Assembly (NCBI RefSeq): GCF_964355755.1
Contig: NC_092674.1
Span: 31,806,001-31,870,000, forward strand
DNA from: Antedon mediterranea
Taxonomy: Eukaryota; Animalia; Echinodermata
Length of the DNA stretch: 64,000 nucleotides
Direction: 5' to 3'
In this document: in pieces, positions 36,601-51,800 of the stretch
Numbering within the stretch: the first letter of the stretch is position 1
Layout of the letters: every line of letters begins with the position of its first letter
The notes under the pieces: model-generated
The model's database searches: none
The model's input: the letters and a program-made list of their open reading frames with translations, nothing else
Told to the model about the DNA's origin: nothing
Position numbers and translations under genes: made by a program

Positions 36601-39600
36601 ATTATGAATGTGGAAAAAGTCCGTTTTGATGGTATTACTGTAGCCATTATACAATCCTAACTGTGTAAAGTGATAATCTGTCGGCCATCTTGGATTTCAA
36701 AATGGCCACCACTAAAAATTAAATTCTTTAAATAATTTTTTTAAAATATGTGTGCATAAATTGTTGTTTGTACACAATGTTCTAAAATTGTCACTTCTCA
36801 CAGGATTATAAATTGTAAATATAAATCTAAAGTTGTCAATGTCCTCTCTCTATATAACAGATATATAATACCCCACTATGACTATTAAATTAAGTAATCG
36901 TTCAAAGTTGGAGTTGCAAAAGTATGGAACAAATTAACAATTTATATCAAATATTTAACAACAATTACGTCTAACTAGAGGGTTAGACCTCTAGTTCGTT
37001 CGCTCCCCTCTAGGAAGTGTAAACGAAGGTTCTCGGAAGGATAATGACTCGGGTAAAAAGGTTTTAGAAGGACGTTCTCCTTGTACATTTTCTGTCGGTT
37101 ACCATTATTGAAAATGCTTGACATTCGAAAAACTAAACCTACTCTGTTTCACAGTGTCTTAGATGATTGATAACATTTTAAAGTATAGTGTTTATTGTTG
37201 TATAGGGCGGAGGTGGAGGCAGAGTTCATTTGAGGGAGATGCTTATTCGAGGGATTTTTTAGTTTTAATAATATCGTAACATTCATAATCAAATAAAATC
37301 CTCTAATAGATATGAAAAGTGGTAAAAAATTATAACAAATGCTTGGTAAATTATAGTTAACAGTGTAATGAATTCTATTATAAATAGTATATACAATATT
37401 GTAGGTATAATTAATGTGGATGGGCATTTATTAGATAGTTGGGTAGGTGAAGGGGAGGGGGGGGGGGGTGTAGGCGATTATTATTCAAAGTGATGTTTTA
37501 TTGGGGAGGTGTTTATTCAAATAAATAACATCATAATACATTATTTAATTTAAACATCTTTTGAAACTAACTTCCGCGACAGTGTAGGCCGTTTCGGCCC
37601 AAGAAGGAAGATGTTTTAGACGGCTTGCAATATGGGCCCTAATGGGACACAGATAGCCTACAGTTATTCCTGCCAGCTTACTCAATAAAACTCGGCTATC
37701 GGGATTTTATTTTTTAACTACTGTACCTTCACACGCGCGGTCCGATCCGAAAATAAAAAAAAAAATAAAATAGCTACTAACGACCAACTTAACTGAAACC
37801 AGGTAGTTGCAAGGTGAACCTGTGAACTCATCGTGAACCCGGAAATTACTTTGACCGCGTACAATTGAAATTGAGTTGAAAATCTACCGATGAATCAGAA
37901 ATTTTGTTTTAAAACTCTTTATAATTATATTCCTAAGATAGAAATATGGAACAATATCGTAATAGTGAAAACTGTTTTACATTTCGCGGTACACCTGAGA
38001 TAGTTCAGGTAGGTATCCAAGGCAGAAATTTGTTCCAAAGTTTTTCCATTGTGCTCGCCTATGTCAGAATTAACCATAATTTATATATAGATTCTAAATT
38101 ACAGATCTCATTTCTTTTCATGAAACTGAAACTTGACAGGAGACAGGACCACAATATAAAACAAGTGCATTTATACCTTATTGTGAAATCCTGTATAAAT
38201 ATGTTAAATAATAAATGCGTTATTGCTATGTAATTCAATGTCTGAACCTTCAGGGCCAGTATGGTTGGTAAGTTTTCAACCGGTCAACTTTTGGCAGAAG
38301 CTTGAAGGAAATACAGATACAGCTCTGCCTATAAATAACCTTGTAAATGAATGAATTCCTACTTCTCATCTTCTACAATCTCAACCAATTTCATTAGATA
38401 TGTACCCCCTACAGCATTATACACTGGTTTGATGAGTGCACATGGTTGTGGTATAAAAACTCATGTACTAAGGAAAGACAAGAATGCCTGGTGATGACTC
38501 TTGCCCGAGATGAGTGGATTGTGAAAATAGTGTTGAGGCAAGTGCTTTTGTTGAAACTGAACTTGTATTACATATACAACCAGTGACACAAATATCTTAA
38601 ATGGACAAAAGCACACTAATTCTGCTTTCTCTCTACAACTTGCTTCTACAAATGCAGACGGAAAAAGAGATTCTAAGTCAAGTATCATTTTGTTTGAAAG
38701 AGGCTGATCATAAAGATATTAATTTGAATACATACAGAGAGTCGACGAAATCTAAATGATGTGGTTAAACTATATCCCTATATATGTATATGAGAGGACA
38801 TATATGTGTGGGACTTGCTGGATTTACATCAATTGATCCAGGGTCTTTGAGCGTGGTATCATTGGAATAACACAAATTAATGATTTCATCAGAGCTGGTA
38901 AATCTAGTTAACATTTAAAGAGAGATGATATCCCGATTAATGAAGAATGCTGCAATTCGCACAAAGGTGTTTGTTGGCCATGGCATGATGAAATTGGACA
39001 GAAAATGTTTGAGGCATTGGTAAAAGTCTTGTAGAAGGCAAACTGTCTATATGGGATCCTAAGAAAAAGACGAATATTGGCAAAAAATATATATGACGGT
39101 GAATACAGGTGACAAACTTATCAAAGTAAAAGAAGACTCCTATAGAGATTATTTGCCGGTGAAATGAGGTATTTCAGTTATTTTGCCAATTTGTTTCTGA
39201 ACAAGGTTGTTAGGAACGCAGATCAGTCTGTGGAAGTTTGATGGATACAGTAGTAGAGAACGAAGGAAGGTCAACTTACTGTATCGCATTCAAGATTAGA
39301 AATATTTCATTGAAGGACTTTGGCAGAGTTAGTTGTCATTTAACTGAAAAAGTTTATGAGATGTTTTAATATGAAGAAGTGTACTGTCAGTACAGTAGAC
39401 CTCCTGATGGTCAACATTTTGTGTTGATCACCATGTTGTTGTCATAAGCATATCATTTTGTATATTTCAATCTAATTTTATTTAACTTATACAAGTTTTA
39501 ATAAGAAATTTAACCCATTTTTAAAAAATGGCGGCCATTTTAAAATTCAAATTGGCCGCCATTTTGTGTTAATCACAAATTTTGTTGTCATAGGCCTATC

Positions 39601-41107
39601 ATTTTATGTGATTTCAATCAACGTCATAGCTTGCACATGTTTTAATAAGAAATTTAATCCATTTTTAAAAAATGGCGGCCATTTTGAAATTCAAAATGTC
39701 AGAATACTAATGAATATAGGTTTATAATAATTCTTATATAGCAGAGAACCCATATGAACTTAAAATATTATTCATAATGGGTGTTACTTTGTCCAATATG
39801 GTACATTTATTGGATATTTTACGTATTGGCGGCCATCTTGGATTTGACACCCTTAAGCTTTTTTAAAAAAATGGCAACATATTTTTTTCATTACTTTACA
39901 TCCTAAAGACACTAAATCAGCTGGAATTTTGCTTTTAACAAAAAAATGACACGAAATTACATAGTGGCCTACACTATAAGCCTATATTGTTGGTTGAGAA
40001 TTACTATAACTTCACTTTGTACTCAAACACATTTGTAGGCCTATTATAAAAAAACAGCAGTTCACTCATTTTGAATAAAGAGTATTAAACGATAAATTAA
40101 TTAAACTAATCATGTCTCGCTTGTAATTGATAATTATTATAAAGGCGTGATATGACTAAATGACTCTGACTGAAGTGTCTCGTTACGGTACGTCGAAGAA
40201 AATAATTAACACAAATTGGATTGCATGTGTATAAGAATAAAATGTATTACCATATTGACTTCAGAGAAGCTATTGATACTGGCTATTTCCATATCGACGC
40301 CAACCATAACCGCAGGACCTGTAAATAGATAATAATCTATTATTTCATTAGAAAATCTTCAGAAAATTATGAATCTTCTTCCGCTGAATTTCTAATAGTG
40401 GATTTAATAAATTTGTCTACTTATCTACATAAACAACGAAAATCAGCATGTGAGTATCGGCATTGCCTGATAAAGATAAAAAATCCCTTTTTCAAATCAT
40501 CAATCCTGCACTGATCTTTATTCAATAATATCAGAGAAACACAATTTAGGATTTAGCTAAAATAGTATAATTATTTATGTCAATATTAATATTAAAGTTA
40601 AGCTAATTTTTTTTCAAACTTTGGCTGGTTCCTTGAGATGTTTAAATATGTTATTACTGTCTTCTAGTGAATTTAAATTAATTACAATCGATCATAATTG
40701 TCAGCAACATTATGTAATAAATGGTTCAACTTGGAACCATTTTATATATACGTCTTTTAGTTAATTGCTTTCCAAGATCCAATGTAAAAATACAATATAT
40801 AATTATTTTAGTTGAGATTATAGGCCTATGCGTTTATGTGGTTTTCATGTCTTGATTTTATCTTGCCCGAGTCATGATTTTATTTTAGGTGGGTTAAATT
40901 ATGATTTTTATAAGATAACCGATCAGTTAATTGTATTTGAATAATAATAATAATACTGTTTGAGATGTTTATCAATATATTTTGATATTATTTATATATT
41001 TATATATATAAACAAATCAGGCACAGAACATTAATTCTAAACCGCCCGGTGATATACTGAAATTTAATTAATTAATTTGAAACGATAAAGATGATGAAAT
41101 CTGTGAG

Positions 41108-41177
<70 letters not shown>

Positions 41178-44100
41178 CTAGTTTAATTATTTCTATATTG
41201 TAAATATTCAAGATTAAATTCGATATTATTTTAAAACCCTATATGTGAGACCTTACTCCTTTAATAAGCGCAATAATGTGTCCTTTCCTGACCCGTTGGT
41301 GAAGAATTTAAAATAGCTATTTGTACTCATTATAACACAGAGTGTATTGCCCTCTACATGCCGAAAACTTCAGCTGTTGCTAGTGGAAAGTGGGGGGGCC
41401 TGGTAACGTCATATTGAAATGAATTTACTTGCTGAGATTACTAAACAGATGTATAAATTAATGAAGGTGCAAAATAAACACAGTAGTAACAGACTATTAG
41501 ACTACCGTCACAGAGAGCTGTTTGAAATCGTCTAACTATCGCACTTTGGTGCACGTCTTTTCTGAACTCGTGTAAGTCGACATTGACAATGAAAGACCTA
41601 CAAAAGCTTCCATTCAGCTTTAGAATTGATTGAACTTGTTTCTTTAGTAATCTATCCTTGTATTTGCACAGTACCGTGCATGTCAACATAAATGTCAGTA
41701 TTGGTGATTTAGTTATGGCAAATAATGCAAGCAGTGGTAAATAATATTTTTAAAATCCCGTAAAGATACTTTATGAGTTCAATGTAAACTGAAAACATGT
41801 TTTCCGTTGGCAATACTATTGTTGAGATACTATACACGATATAATTATATAAATTCAAACACAAATCGATCGTAGCTTGAAAGTATGATAATGTTATTAA
41901 CTCCGTTAAGTAGTCTAATTTGTAAAATAGTTAATTATAGTAGTCAGTAATTACGGTACCCTTTGCTATCTTAGGTAGATTCTTGATCAGTTGATTTCAG
42001 CTATTATTACTGAAATACCATTGTATTAATAGATACTGTTAGTTACGATACGATATTATTTATGTCATTTTAACAACAAGGTACAAATGAAATTTGGTTG
42101 GTTTACATTTTGATTTACGTGCAATGTACAAAGAAAACAAAAAGCGTTTAACCAATGAATCTAAAGAGATCTGATGAACTTATACGTGTATAGAATTATA
42201 AACCAATGATTGTCGGCAACGTTTAGTGTTTTTATTCATAGTGATAAGTCTACTTACCAGTTTGGCTAAGCTTAAAGATGTATTGTCCCTTGAAACACAA
42301 AAAAATAAAGGTCAAAATATTTAAAATTTAAAGTGGCCATGTCAAAGAAATATTAAAGTTATTCACTTTAAGTCGAAAATTTGAGCCAAAAACAACAAGT
42401 TTACGTAATTAACAGGTAAATTAGTTTGATTACATTTCATCTGGAAAATCGTCACGAGCGAAAGTAAACAAAGATTTCAAACCATGAGTACGCATTATGC
42501 ATATGCTAAATTAGGATTGTTTACAACTCGTCACGGTTAAGAAGGTATTTTCACACAGATCACGAGGAAGTTTTATGATTATGCATACAGAGTAGCCAAA
42601 CAAGCGCGTTTCATTATGGGATAGGCCTATGTTTTGATTGAAAACTTTGACTGGAAGTCAAAGTTATTTTTTTAACAAAAAAACGTCTGTATTTCAGTTA
42701 AATTTTTTTTTTTTCAAAACATTTTTGGTGATATTTAATAACTATTATGATACTTCAAAATTACCCACCTTTTTTCGAAATCTTTTATATTTTATTTTTT
42801 TGGAATTAGTCAAAGGGACAATACATCTTTAAAGAATTATTTAGATAATGTTATCCAAAGAATTACATATTATAAGCCCGAGAGCCACAAAATACAGTTT
42901 ATTATAAGCATATTCACTGTATCATTGCGTAGTGCTTTGAAAATGTGGAAAATATGCCTACTGAGTTGAGTTGCTACGAGATGGCTACCATTTTATAAAA
43001 AATGTAGAATCGTGGAAAACAAGCACAAATTTACCCCAGGGATGACATTCAATTATAAAGAAAATGGAGTAAATATATGTTCCCCTTTCTTAATTGTATT
43101 ATATTACGTCAATATGTTCATCGACCTCTCTGTTAGCAATTATTGTAAATTATACTTATACACTTTCAAAGCTGGGGGTGCATGTTTGCTTCTCTACTCT
43201 TTTTAATCCAGATAATTGGTCAACCTGTCTTTAATATACACAATTAACTATTTATATAAGACATCTATAAAACAATACCAGCATGATAATAGTGTAGGTG
43301 TCATAAATACACATCCTTGTAACTTAAAGGCAGATCAATATTTAGGAAAAAATTCGAATAAGAACAAAATCAAATTCCATTTTTAGTATTCTTATATGAA
43401 ATAAAAGCAAGATTTTATAGCTTACAATATATGCTGTAATATAATACCAGGGTTACCTAACCCTAACCCTAACCCTTACAATATATGCTGTAATATAATA
43501 CCAAACTAATATAGTTTATAGCTTACAATATATGCTGTAATATAATACCAAACTAATATAGTTTTTAAAATGTTAAATTTAACAGATATGCGTAATGAAA
43601 CTTACAGCAGTAATCAATACAACGAAGCATGAGTGATAAATGTCCCAATATATTATGTATTCTAAACCGTAATATTGAAAAGCAATATTTCTATCATGAA
43701 CTTAATTAATTTATGAACACTGCATTTCATTGAAATACAAAATTGAATAATAAATCTTGGTTTTATCAACCAGGAATTATTTAAACATTGTTTTTTTATT
43801 ATCGGTTATAATTCATTGCTTCGATAATTCAATGTCAACGTCTAGAGTTCATTCTTTGCGTGTATGCATTTTTTAAAAGGAGTCTTGTAGTTCATGCATT
43901 TAAGCACCCTTCTTTTATTACGTCACGCTTCTATCCACTTTTCACGCAGAATATCACTCATGTATGATATTTACAAAAAAACATCGTGGTGTGATTCGAC
44001 ATGGTCAACTGGTGTGTGTGTGAATTTTTTTCTTAGTATCGAAATAAACAATATACTAGTAAACACAATGTGTAATCTTAAAACAATATACTAGTAAACT

Positions 44101-47100
44101 CAATGTGTAATCTTAAAACAATATACTAGTAAACACAATGTGTAATCTTAAAACAATATACTAGTAAACACAATGTGTAATCTTAGAACAATATACTAGT
44201 AAACACAATGTGTAATCTTAAAACACTATACTAGTAAACACAATGTGTAATCTTAACAGAACAACACTAATTCGATGTGAACATGCAATACATCAATTTA
44301 AACATTATAAACATAGTACACATTGAATAACAGCGTTGCCCTAACAACCAACAAACACCCATTTAATACTCAATATTAATAGAAAACGTGATGTATCCGT
44401 GAAAAGAATTGTTAATATTTCGCTTCAATATACGTTTCAACAAAACCGTGAGTTTGTTATTACAACAGCGTCTTTTGAAAAAAGGTAGCTATTTATTATG
44501 TAAGCATAAACGACGGTCTTGAATGTTATTATATCATAATATTTTATGCGTTCGTAGTCATTAAAACACTGAATTGCACTTGTCTATTGTGCAGTACATC
44601 TTGTTTTTGTAATTAATTAACTAATTTTGCTAAATTTTTGCTGAATATAAAGTAACATCAATAACCTCATTTATTAGTGTTCATTGTGTTGCGTATACAG
44701 GTAAATGGCAATAATGGGCTTATTGTAACTAACGTACGTCGTTATCGTTTTTCATCAATAGTTTTTAGAAACCGCGATCCTGGATATCAATCTTAAGTTC
44801 CATAGTTGGAATTTTTGGCTCAGAAGATTATATTTTGGGTAAATTTTAACCAATATGAGAAGAAAAAAATACTAAAATGTTTTGTATTTAATTAATACAA
44901 CCCATAACAGTTTAAACACCATCAGCAACAACAAGGTGCAGCCGTACTTTTTGCACGCGTACGTCCTACCACATGGCGAGTTTTAACATGTTTCTAAATA
45001 CGCCATAGTGCCGGCCCATTATTATGTATTGATTCAAACCTGGTGCTATCAGTTATCTTGAATCTAACTCGTGCGACAAATGCGATGAGAAACATGATAT
45101 TACAATAATTAAATTATTATACTGTTCAATGTTTAGAAGACTATCTAAATATGCCGCATACCATCGCCTAACAAATTTGAATGACAATGTTAAATGCAAG
45201 TGTTGTTTGTTAATGCGATTGAAACAATTCGAATTTAATATTCCTAGGTTTATTATAAAAAAGTGGATAAATATTACATATGCACAGTATGTCGGACGTG
45301 TTTCTCAAGTCAATAAATATCAACCTTAAACAAATTAGAATGTACACATATATATACAGTGCAGTAACGTCAATTTTTCTGAATGTTTTTTTTATTCTAA
45401 AAGTGTAATACAAATTCAAATTTAAATAAAACAGCCAAGATTCATTGTAGTATCAGTATTATCATCCATCATAATCCATTTCATACTGGTTTTATTATTT
45501 AACAAATCCTCATTCATCATGTTTCAATGTACAAGGGCAGTGTAACAAAATACGTTAACAGGCGGCATGGTGTCACCTTATTGGATCAATATACTATCAT
45601 AAATATAGGAACGAGTAAATTATATAATAAGATAACAGGAACAACTGAAAGTTATCTTTAATTATTGATGTCCATTGGGCTTATAATAATTAATTTACAT
45701 TGTTTGCAAACAATGTAAAGAAAGAGAATACTATTCTCTCATATTTTTACACTATAGTGCATAAATTTAAAAGGTCTTCTATGCATGGTCTGTTTTGTTT
45801 TTCAACTTCTGTTTTTGATGAAATGTATATATTTCATAGGCCTAATGTAAGTCTATAATGTTCAATTCAATCAAATTCAATTTATTTTCACAATACACAA
45901 AAACATACAGGAAAATACATACAATAAAGTAATGTGGGGGAGGGTCATATAAAGTCAGAAAGACTTTAAGTTTGACCCACTCAACATGTAAAAGAGACGT
46001 GGAACAAAATAATTTAAACATTAGGAACTTTTTGATTTACACGTCCACTTTCGACTAATACCCTATGACATCATTTTATGACGACTATCACGCTAACTGT
46101 CAAATGTCAGAACGTTTAAGTGGCATTTTCCGTTCGCCTCTCATTGAGTACGTAAGACACTGCAAAAAGTTTACCACAATCATGGCGGAGAATTATCTCG
46201 CGATTATTTTCTGGAATATAAGTAAACTGCGAATTATCAATTTTTGTTAGTATAAGATAGCAAAAACGTCAATGTTCAAATACTATTAATAGGCCACTTT
46301 TAAAATACTATAAAAATACTATCTCCAAACTTCGTGCACGTAATAGTGAAACAATAATAGGCTCCTCACTCACACACTCATTGACATTCAATAGGAAATA
46401 CTTGAATAGTGAAACAATATTAGGCTCCTCATTCACTCACTCATTGATATTCAATAGGAAATACTTGAATAGTGACCCTTGAATATTATCTATTTGAGTT
46501 TTAGTCACGCTATAGCGTTATAACAAACGCCAGTCTATGTTTTAGTAGAGCACAGAATCTATTTGAGTTATAGACATGCTATAGCGTTATATCAAACGCT
46601 AGTCTATGTTTCAGTAGAGCACCAGATCTATTTGAGTTTTAGACATGCTATAGCATTATAACAAACGCCAGTCTATGTTTCAGTAGAGCACCAGATCTAT
46701 TTGAGTTTTAGTCATGCTATAGCGTTTTAACAAACGCCAGTCTATGTTTCAGTAAAGCACCAGATCTATTTGAGTTGTAGTCATGCTATAGCGTTATAAC
46801 AAACGCTAGTCTATGTTTCAGTAAAGCACCAGATCTATTTGAGTTATAGTCATGCTATAGCGTTATAACAAACGCCAGTCTATGTTTCAGTAAAGCACCA
46901 GATCTATTTGAGTTATAGTCATGCTATAGCGTTATAAACAAACGCCAGTCTATGTTTCAGTAAAGCACCAGATCTATTTGAGTTGTAGTCATGCTATAGC
47001 GTTATAACAAACGCTAGTCTATGTTTCAGTAAAGCACCAGATCTATTTGAGTTGTAGTCATGCTATAGCGTTATAACAAACGCTAGTCTATGTTTCAGTA

Positions 47101-48770
47101 AAGCACCAGATCTATTTGAGTTGTAGTCATGCTATAGCGTTATAACAAACGCCAGTCTATGTTTTAGTAGAGCACCAGATCTATTTGAGTTATAGTCATG
47201 CTATAGCGTTATAACAAACGCCAGTCTATGTTTCAGTAAAGCACCAGATCTATTTGAGTTATAGTCATGTTATAGCGTTATAACAAACGCCAGTCTATGT
47301 TTCAGTAAAGCACCAGATCTATTTGAGTTATAGTCATGCTATAGCGTTATAACACACGCTAGTCTATGTTTCAGTAAAGCACCAGATCTATTTGAGTTAT
47401 AGTCATGCTATAGCGTTATAAACAAACGCCAGTCTATATTTCAGTAAAGCACCAGATCTATTTGAGTTGTAGTCATGCTATAGCGTTATAACAAACGCCA
47501 GTCTATGTTTCAGTAGAGCACCAGATCTATTTGAGTTGTAGTCATGCTATAGCGTTATAACAAACGCCAGTCTATGTTTCAGTAGAGCACCAGATCTATT
47601 TGAGTTGTAGTCATGCTATAGCGTTATAACACACGCCAGTCTATGTTTTAGTAAAGCACAGAATCTATTTGAGTTATGCGTAAGGGTTAGCGTTATCATA
47701 AACAAAATGAGCAAACGCTATATACGCTACAGTCTGTTTTTGCAGTAAATCACCAGAGCCTTTAAAATGCATACCGAATTTTATTGGCAAGAGAATTACT
47801 ACCATTGTATACGGTTGCTATAGATACCTTTGTGCTTTAAAAATATAAGTAAACGATACAAATTATTGTGTAATTTATATTGTAAATATTGGTATAATAA
47901 TAATACAAATGCATTATAAACTAATAATCTTGATTAGTTTATAGAATGCTCGAAGCATTTATTCTACAAGTGCACTGTCATTGTTATCTTTATCTTCGAC
48001 CTAAAACCATAAACTTGGCCATTAGAAATAGAAAAGAAAAACTTCTCCAAAAGCAGAATCCCCATATCTTAATTAATACAAACTGGTTCACACAACACAC
48101 GAACACACACACACACAACTGTATTCACTCTATATAAACTTAAATTAAACATTTAACAAAAAATAAAATAAATGTTAGCTTTGAATTGAATCAATCGAGT
48201 TGAATTTATAACCAACTGTATTTTCTCTGTTTTAACATGATGTTATATAAAATGACATTTTATTCAGAAAAAAGTTAAAAAATTAATTTTAGCCAATTAC
48301 ATGACTAATAATCACTTTGCAAGTTATTGACTTGGTAATTAGAGTGATTATTTTCTTTAAAAGTAATGTTCTACAATATTTGATAGTGGTGGAACTTTTA
48401 GCACATGTCGGTGATGAATAATTAATAACTGTACTATTGTTGTGTAATTAATGGATGATTGATTAGTGAAAGTAATTAATTATACACAATAACCATATAG
48501 AACGCCGGTGTATTGTAAAGGCCAATTTAGTTAGACAGACGAGCGGTAACGGTAAGCGGAAAACTTCGTAGCTTGACCACGTAAGAATCTGACCTATCCT
48601 TAGCGGAAACCACCAGTCCGCTCCGATTTGTGTGTAAATGGTAATTCGTGTCCGAAATAGAGCGTTAGCTGTCAAGAAGATTTCTGTCATAAGTATTTTT
48701 GTACCTCAATATATGCAATAGTTACAATGTCTTGGCATGACAATTGATATAATGTTGAAGGGGAACGTGA

Positions 48771-48810
<40 letters not shown>

Positions 48811-51800
48811 TTTCGCGTTTCATGGTTAGGGTTAGGGTTAGCCGGGCCGCGATTTTTTTTTTCGTACATAAGTTGGGGACCCCCTCATGAAACGTCACAA
48901 AATAAACATGAATAATTCATCAGTTAAATTTTCTTGTTCCGTGTGCACCCAAGCGTATAGCAACAAGAAGTGATTACACAAGTGCGGTAAAGCCTGATTT
49001 CCATTAAAATCGCTACAGCGTTTCCATTAAAATCGCTACACGCGCAGATGTCGCCGACACAATCGGGAAGGCTCGCCGATTCATCGCAGTCAAATCGGCA
49101 AAGTTCAACCATGTTCAACTTTGCCGATTTTGTCGGCGATGAATCGTATACGCGTACTAGATCCCCGATAAACTCTAGCGTTTCCATAGAATCGCTACGC
49201 TCTGTCATGTAGCGATTTTAACCAGGCTTAAGATTCTAGGCCTATCTCCGCTGTTGTTGCGGCGTGCGATTTCATAGAAGAATAGCGGCGTTTTGTGTGG
49301 ATTGTCGAAAATCAGCCTTTAGTTTATGGTGTTTTTAATATAATTTATTACTAAAGAATTACGTGTTAAAATTATAGTTTCTATTAATACTATAGGCCTA
49401 ATTATTAGTCTCTAAACCCATGTCTAGTAGCTGTGTGGGTGTGTGTGTGTGTGACGTGTGTGTGTTAGGTATGACACAATCCGAGTAATAAGTCAGCAAA
49501 ATTAAACATTAAACATTACACAAAAATACATTTTTTATTCTCGTGGGTCTAATCTTCCCATCTCATGTGTTCATATACGCGCATTTTTAAAGTTCCTTTG
49601 AGTACATGCATATTGTTGATAATAAAATAGCAGAATTAAAAAAATACAGTACACAAATTATACACATTCTTTATTCTTGTGGGTCTAAGTTTTCTTTGGG
49701 CTATGTCCAATGAATTACTACTTAGTTTAATGTCTTGCCTAGCTGTCGATTAGCCTCGACTCGACACATTTTGTGTGAAGAATAGTGCGCGAAGGCAATC
49801 ACGTGAATTGACTTAGAATCCTAGGCCTACTGTAGAAAGAATCGTATCGCAGTTGTTTGTGTAATCACTTCTTGTTGCTATACACTTGGGTGCACACGGA
49901 ACAACAAATTTAACTGATGAATTATTCATGTGTATTTTTGTGACGTTTCATGAGGGGTCCCCAACTTATGTACGAAAAAAAAAATCGCAGCCGGGCCGGC
50001 CGATAATATCATAAATTGACCATATTACTTTTCTTCACATCTACAACACTTTCAATATTAATGTTCAAATTAATTGCAGGTTAGATATTACCAGGGGCCA
50101 AAATACTGTGTCTCTTTCTCAACCTTTTTCGGTTTGCTTTTAATATGTCTAGTTCGTCTATCTATGGCCTATAGAGAACATTACGTAACATGATGTGTAT
50201 GCCTCATAATGTACTCAGTATTATGCATGACTTTGTATTGCTGTTTAACTTTGTTAAGTGAAAATTAAGTAGCATTCAGATGAATATAAGTGGGTTTTCA
50301 GAGTAGATTTAATTACTTATAGATGAACGGCCACGTGTAAAGGTTTACTATACTGATGTGTTGAAATAGTGTTTTATTGCCAAATAGTATTTCATCGCCA
50401 TAAAGTACTTAGCCAAAATCTTTATAGACCAACAATGTACCTGTATGTGACCTAATTGTAATTTTATAATGCATGGAATTGTGCAAGGAATTAAAACTGT
50501 TTGTTTATTTATTTTACAATTTGTTGTTTAATTTGTTTCATTCGGACTTTGTGTTTTACTTGTGTCATTACCACAAGTAGGGCTCGATCTGTACAGAATC
50601 TGTCGGCAATTGGAAGGTGCTGTATCTTTTACCGATACTCGATTCAAGTAAGTTCCCACCGGGTAACACTCTTGTGCAATTGATCTCTTCACAAACAAGA
50701 CAGAAATTACAACACAGTTATACGACACAATACGTATTATTAAGATAAATCTGAATAAATAAATAAATAGGTTATGATATCATAACTTTATTTTATTTCA
50801 AAATCATTACATTAGTTTAGAATGCAGAATCAGAGTTTTTAGGCTAATTAATAATCCTTTTAGACTATTTAAGTGATTTATACTATTTAAGTGATTTATA
50901 TGAAATGGTTGTTAGTTACTGTATATCTATCCTCCTCAAGAGGATCACATTTTGGCGTTCATTATATTTATTATGATCGTTCTAACAACATGCTAGGAAT
51001 TACAATGTTGACTTGCTCTTCAATATCAGCACAATTATCGTCTTTATTAGGCTAAGATTAGCTGTTAGAAACAATTAATTAGTGCCTGGTGGTAAACGAT
51101 GTGCTGTATTACAGACAGTGTCCATTAATAACAGAGACACAACGTAATGCTCATTATTAAATATATTAGTACTTGACAACAACGGGTTAATTATTGGTAT
51201 CCTGATAAGTTACAATTAGTATTTATTCATCAATTTCTTAAACTTAGTGTTATATTCACCGTGTTTTTGTTCGAATATCACATGCATTCACATTATTTTT
51301 TTTTACAATTCGTATTCATTATTCAGGTTACATAAATAACATAGGCTATTAATGGGCGTATCATAATAACACACCAAAGTATTATTGATTGGTTAATCTG
51401 TACAACTTAGTTTAAATAAAATTATTTTCTGTGCGATGGGACTAGAAAACTTACCAATACTATTTTGAACGTAGAATGAGAGCCGATGACATCCGATTAA
51501 TTAAGTAGGGCCTATGTAGGCCCTATAGAGAATCGTTGAATCATTCAACTAATATATTTTGACTATTGTTGGACGGGAAAGTGTTTGAGGAGGCACTGGT
51601 TTATAATAAATTACTGTCCGCTAAACTGGCCTACCATGAGTGGGGTAACTTTATTACGGTAATTAAAATCATGACTTATTACGTCTTATGATTAAACTCA
51701 TTAGATTATTGTGTGTCTTCTACATTTATTAGGACGTGTATGACGTATAGTTGGCGATAAAATTAGTTAGTTTGTAACATTTTATCTATTAAATAATCGG

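Noticed and set aside
43600-43665. Possible extra alternative receptor exon ending in a GTAAGT donor on the minus strand
   Set aside because: No similarity to any Cys-loop receptor exon and no convincing acceptor or start.
48823-48841. (TTAGGG)n-like tract, also (CCCTAA)n at about 43457-43475
   Set aside because: Only about three units, interstitial; such tracts are common inside MITE remnants and do not indicate a telomere.
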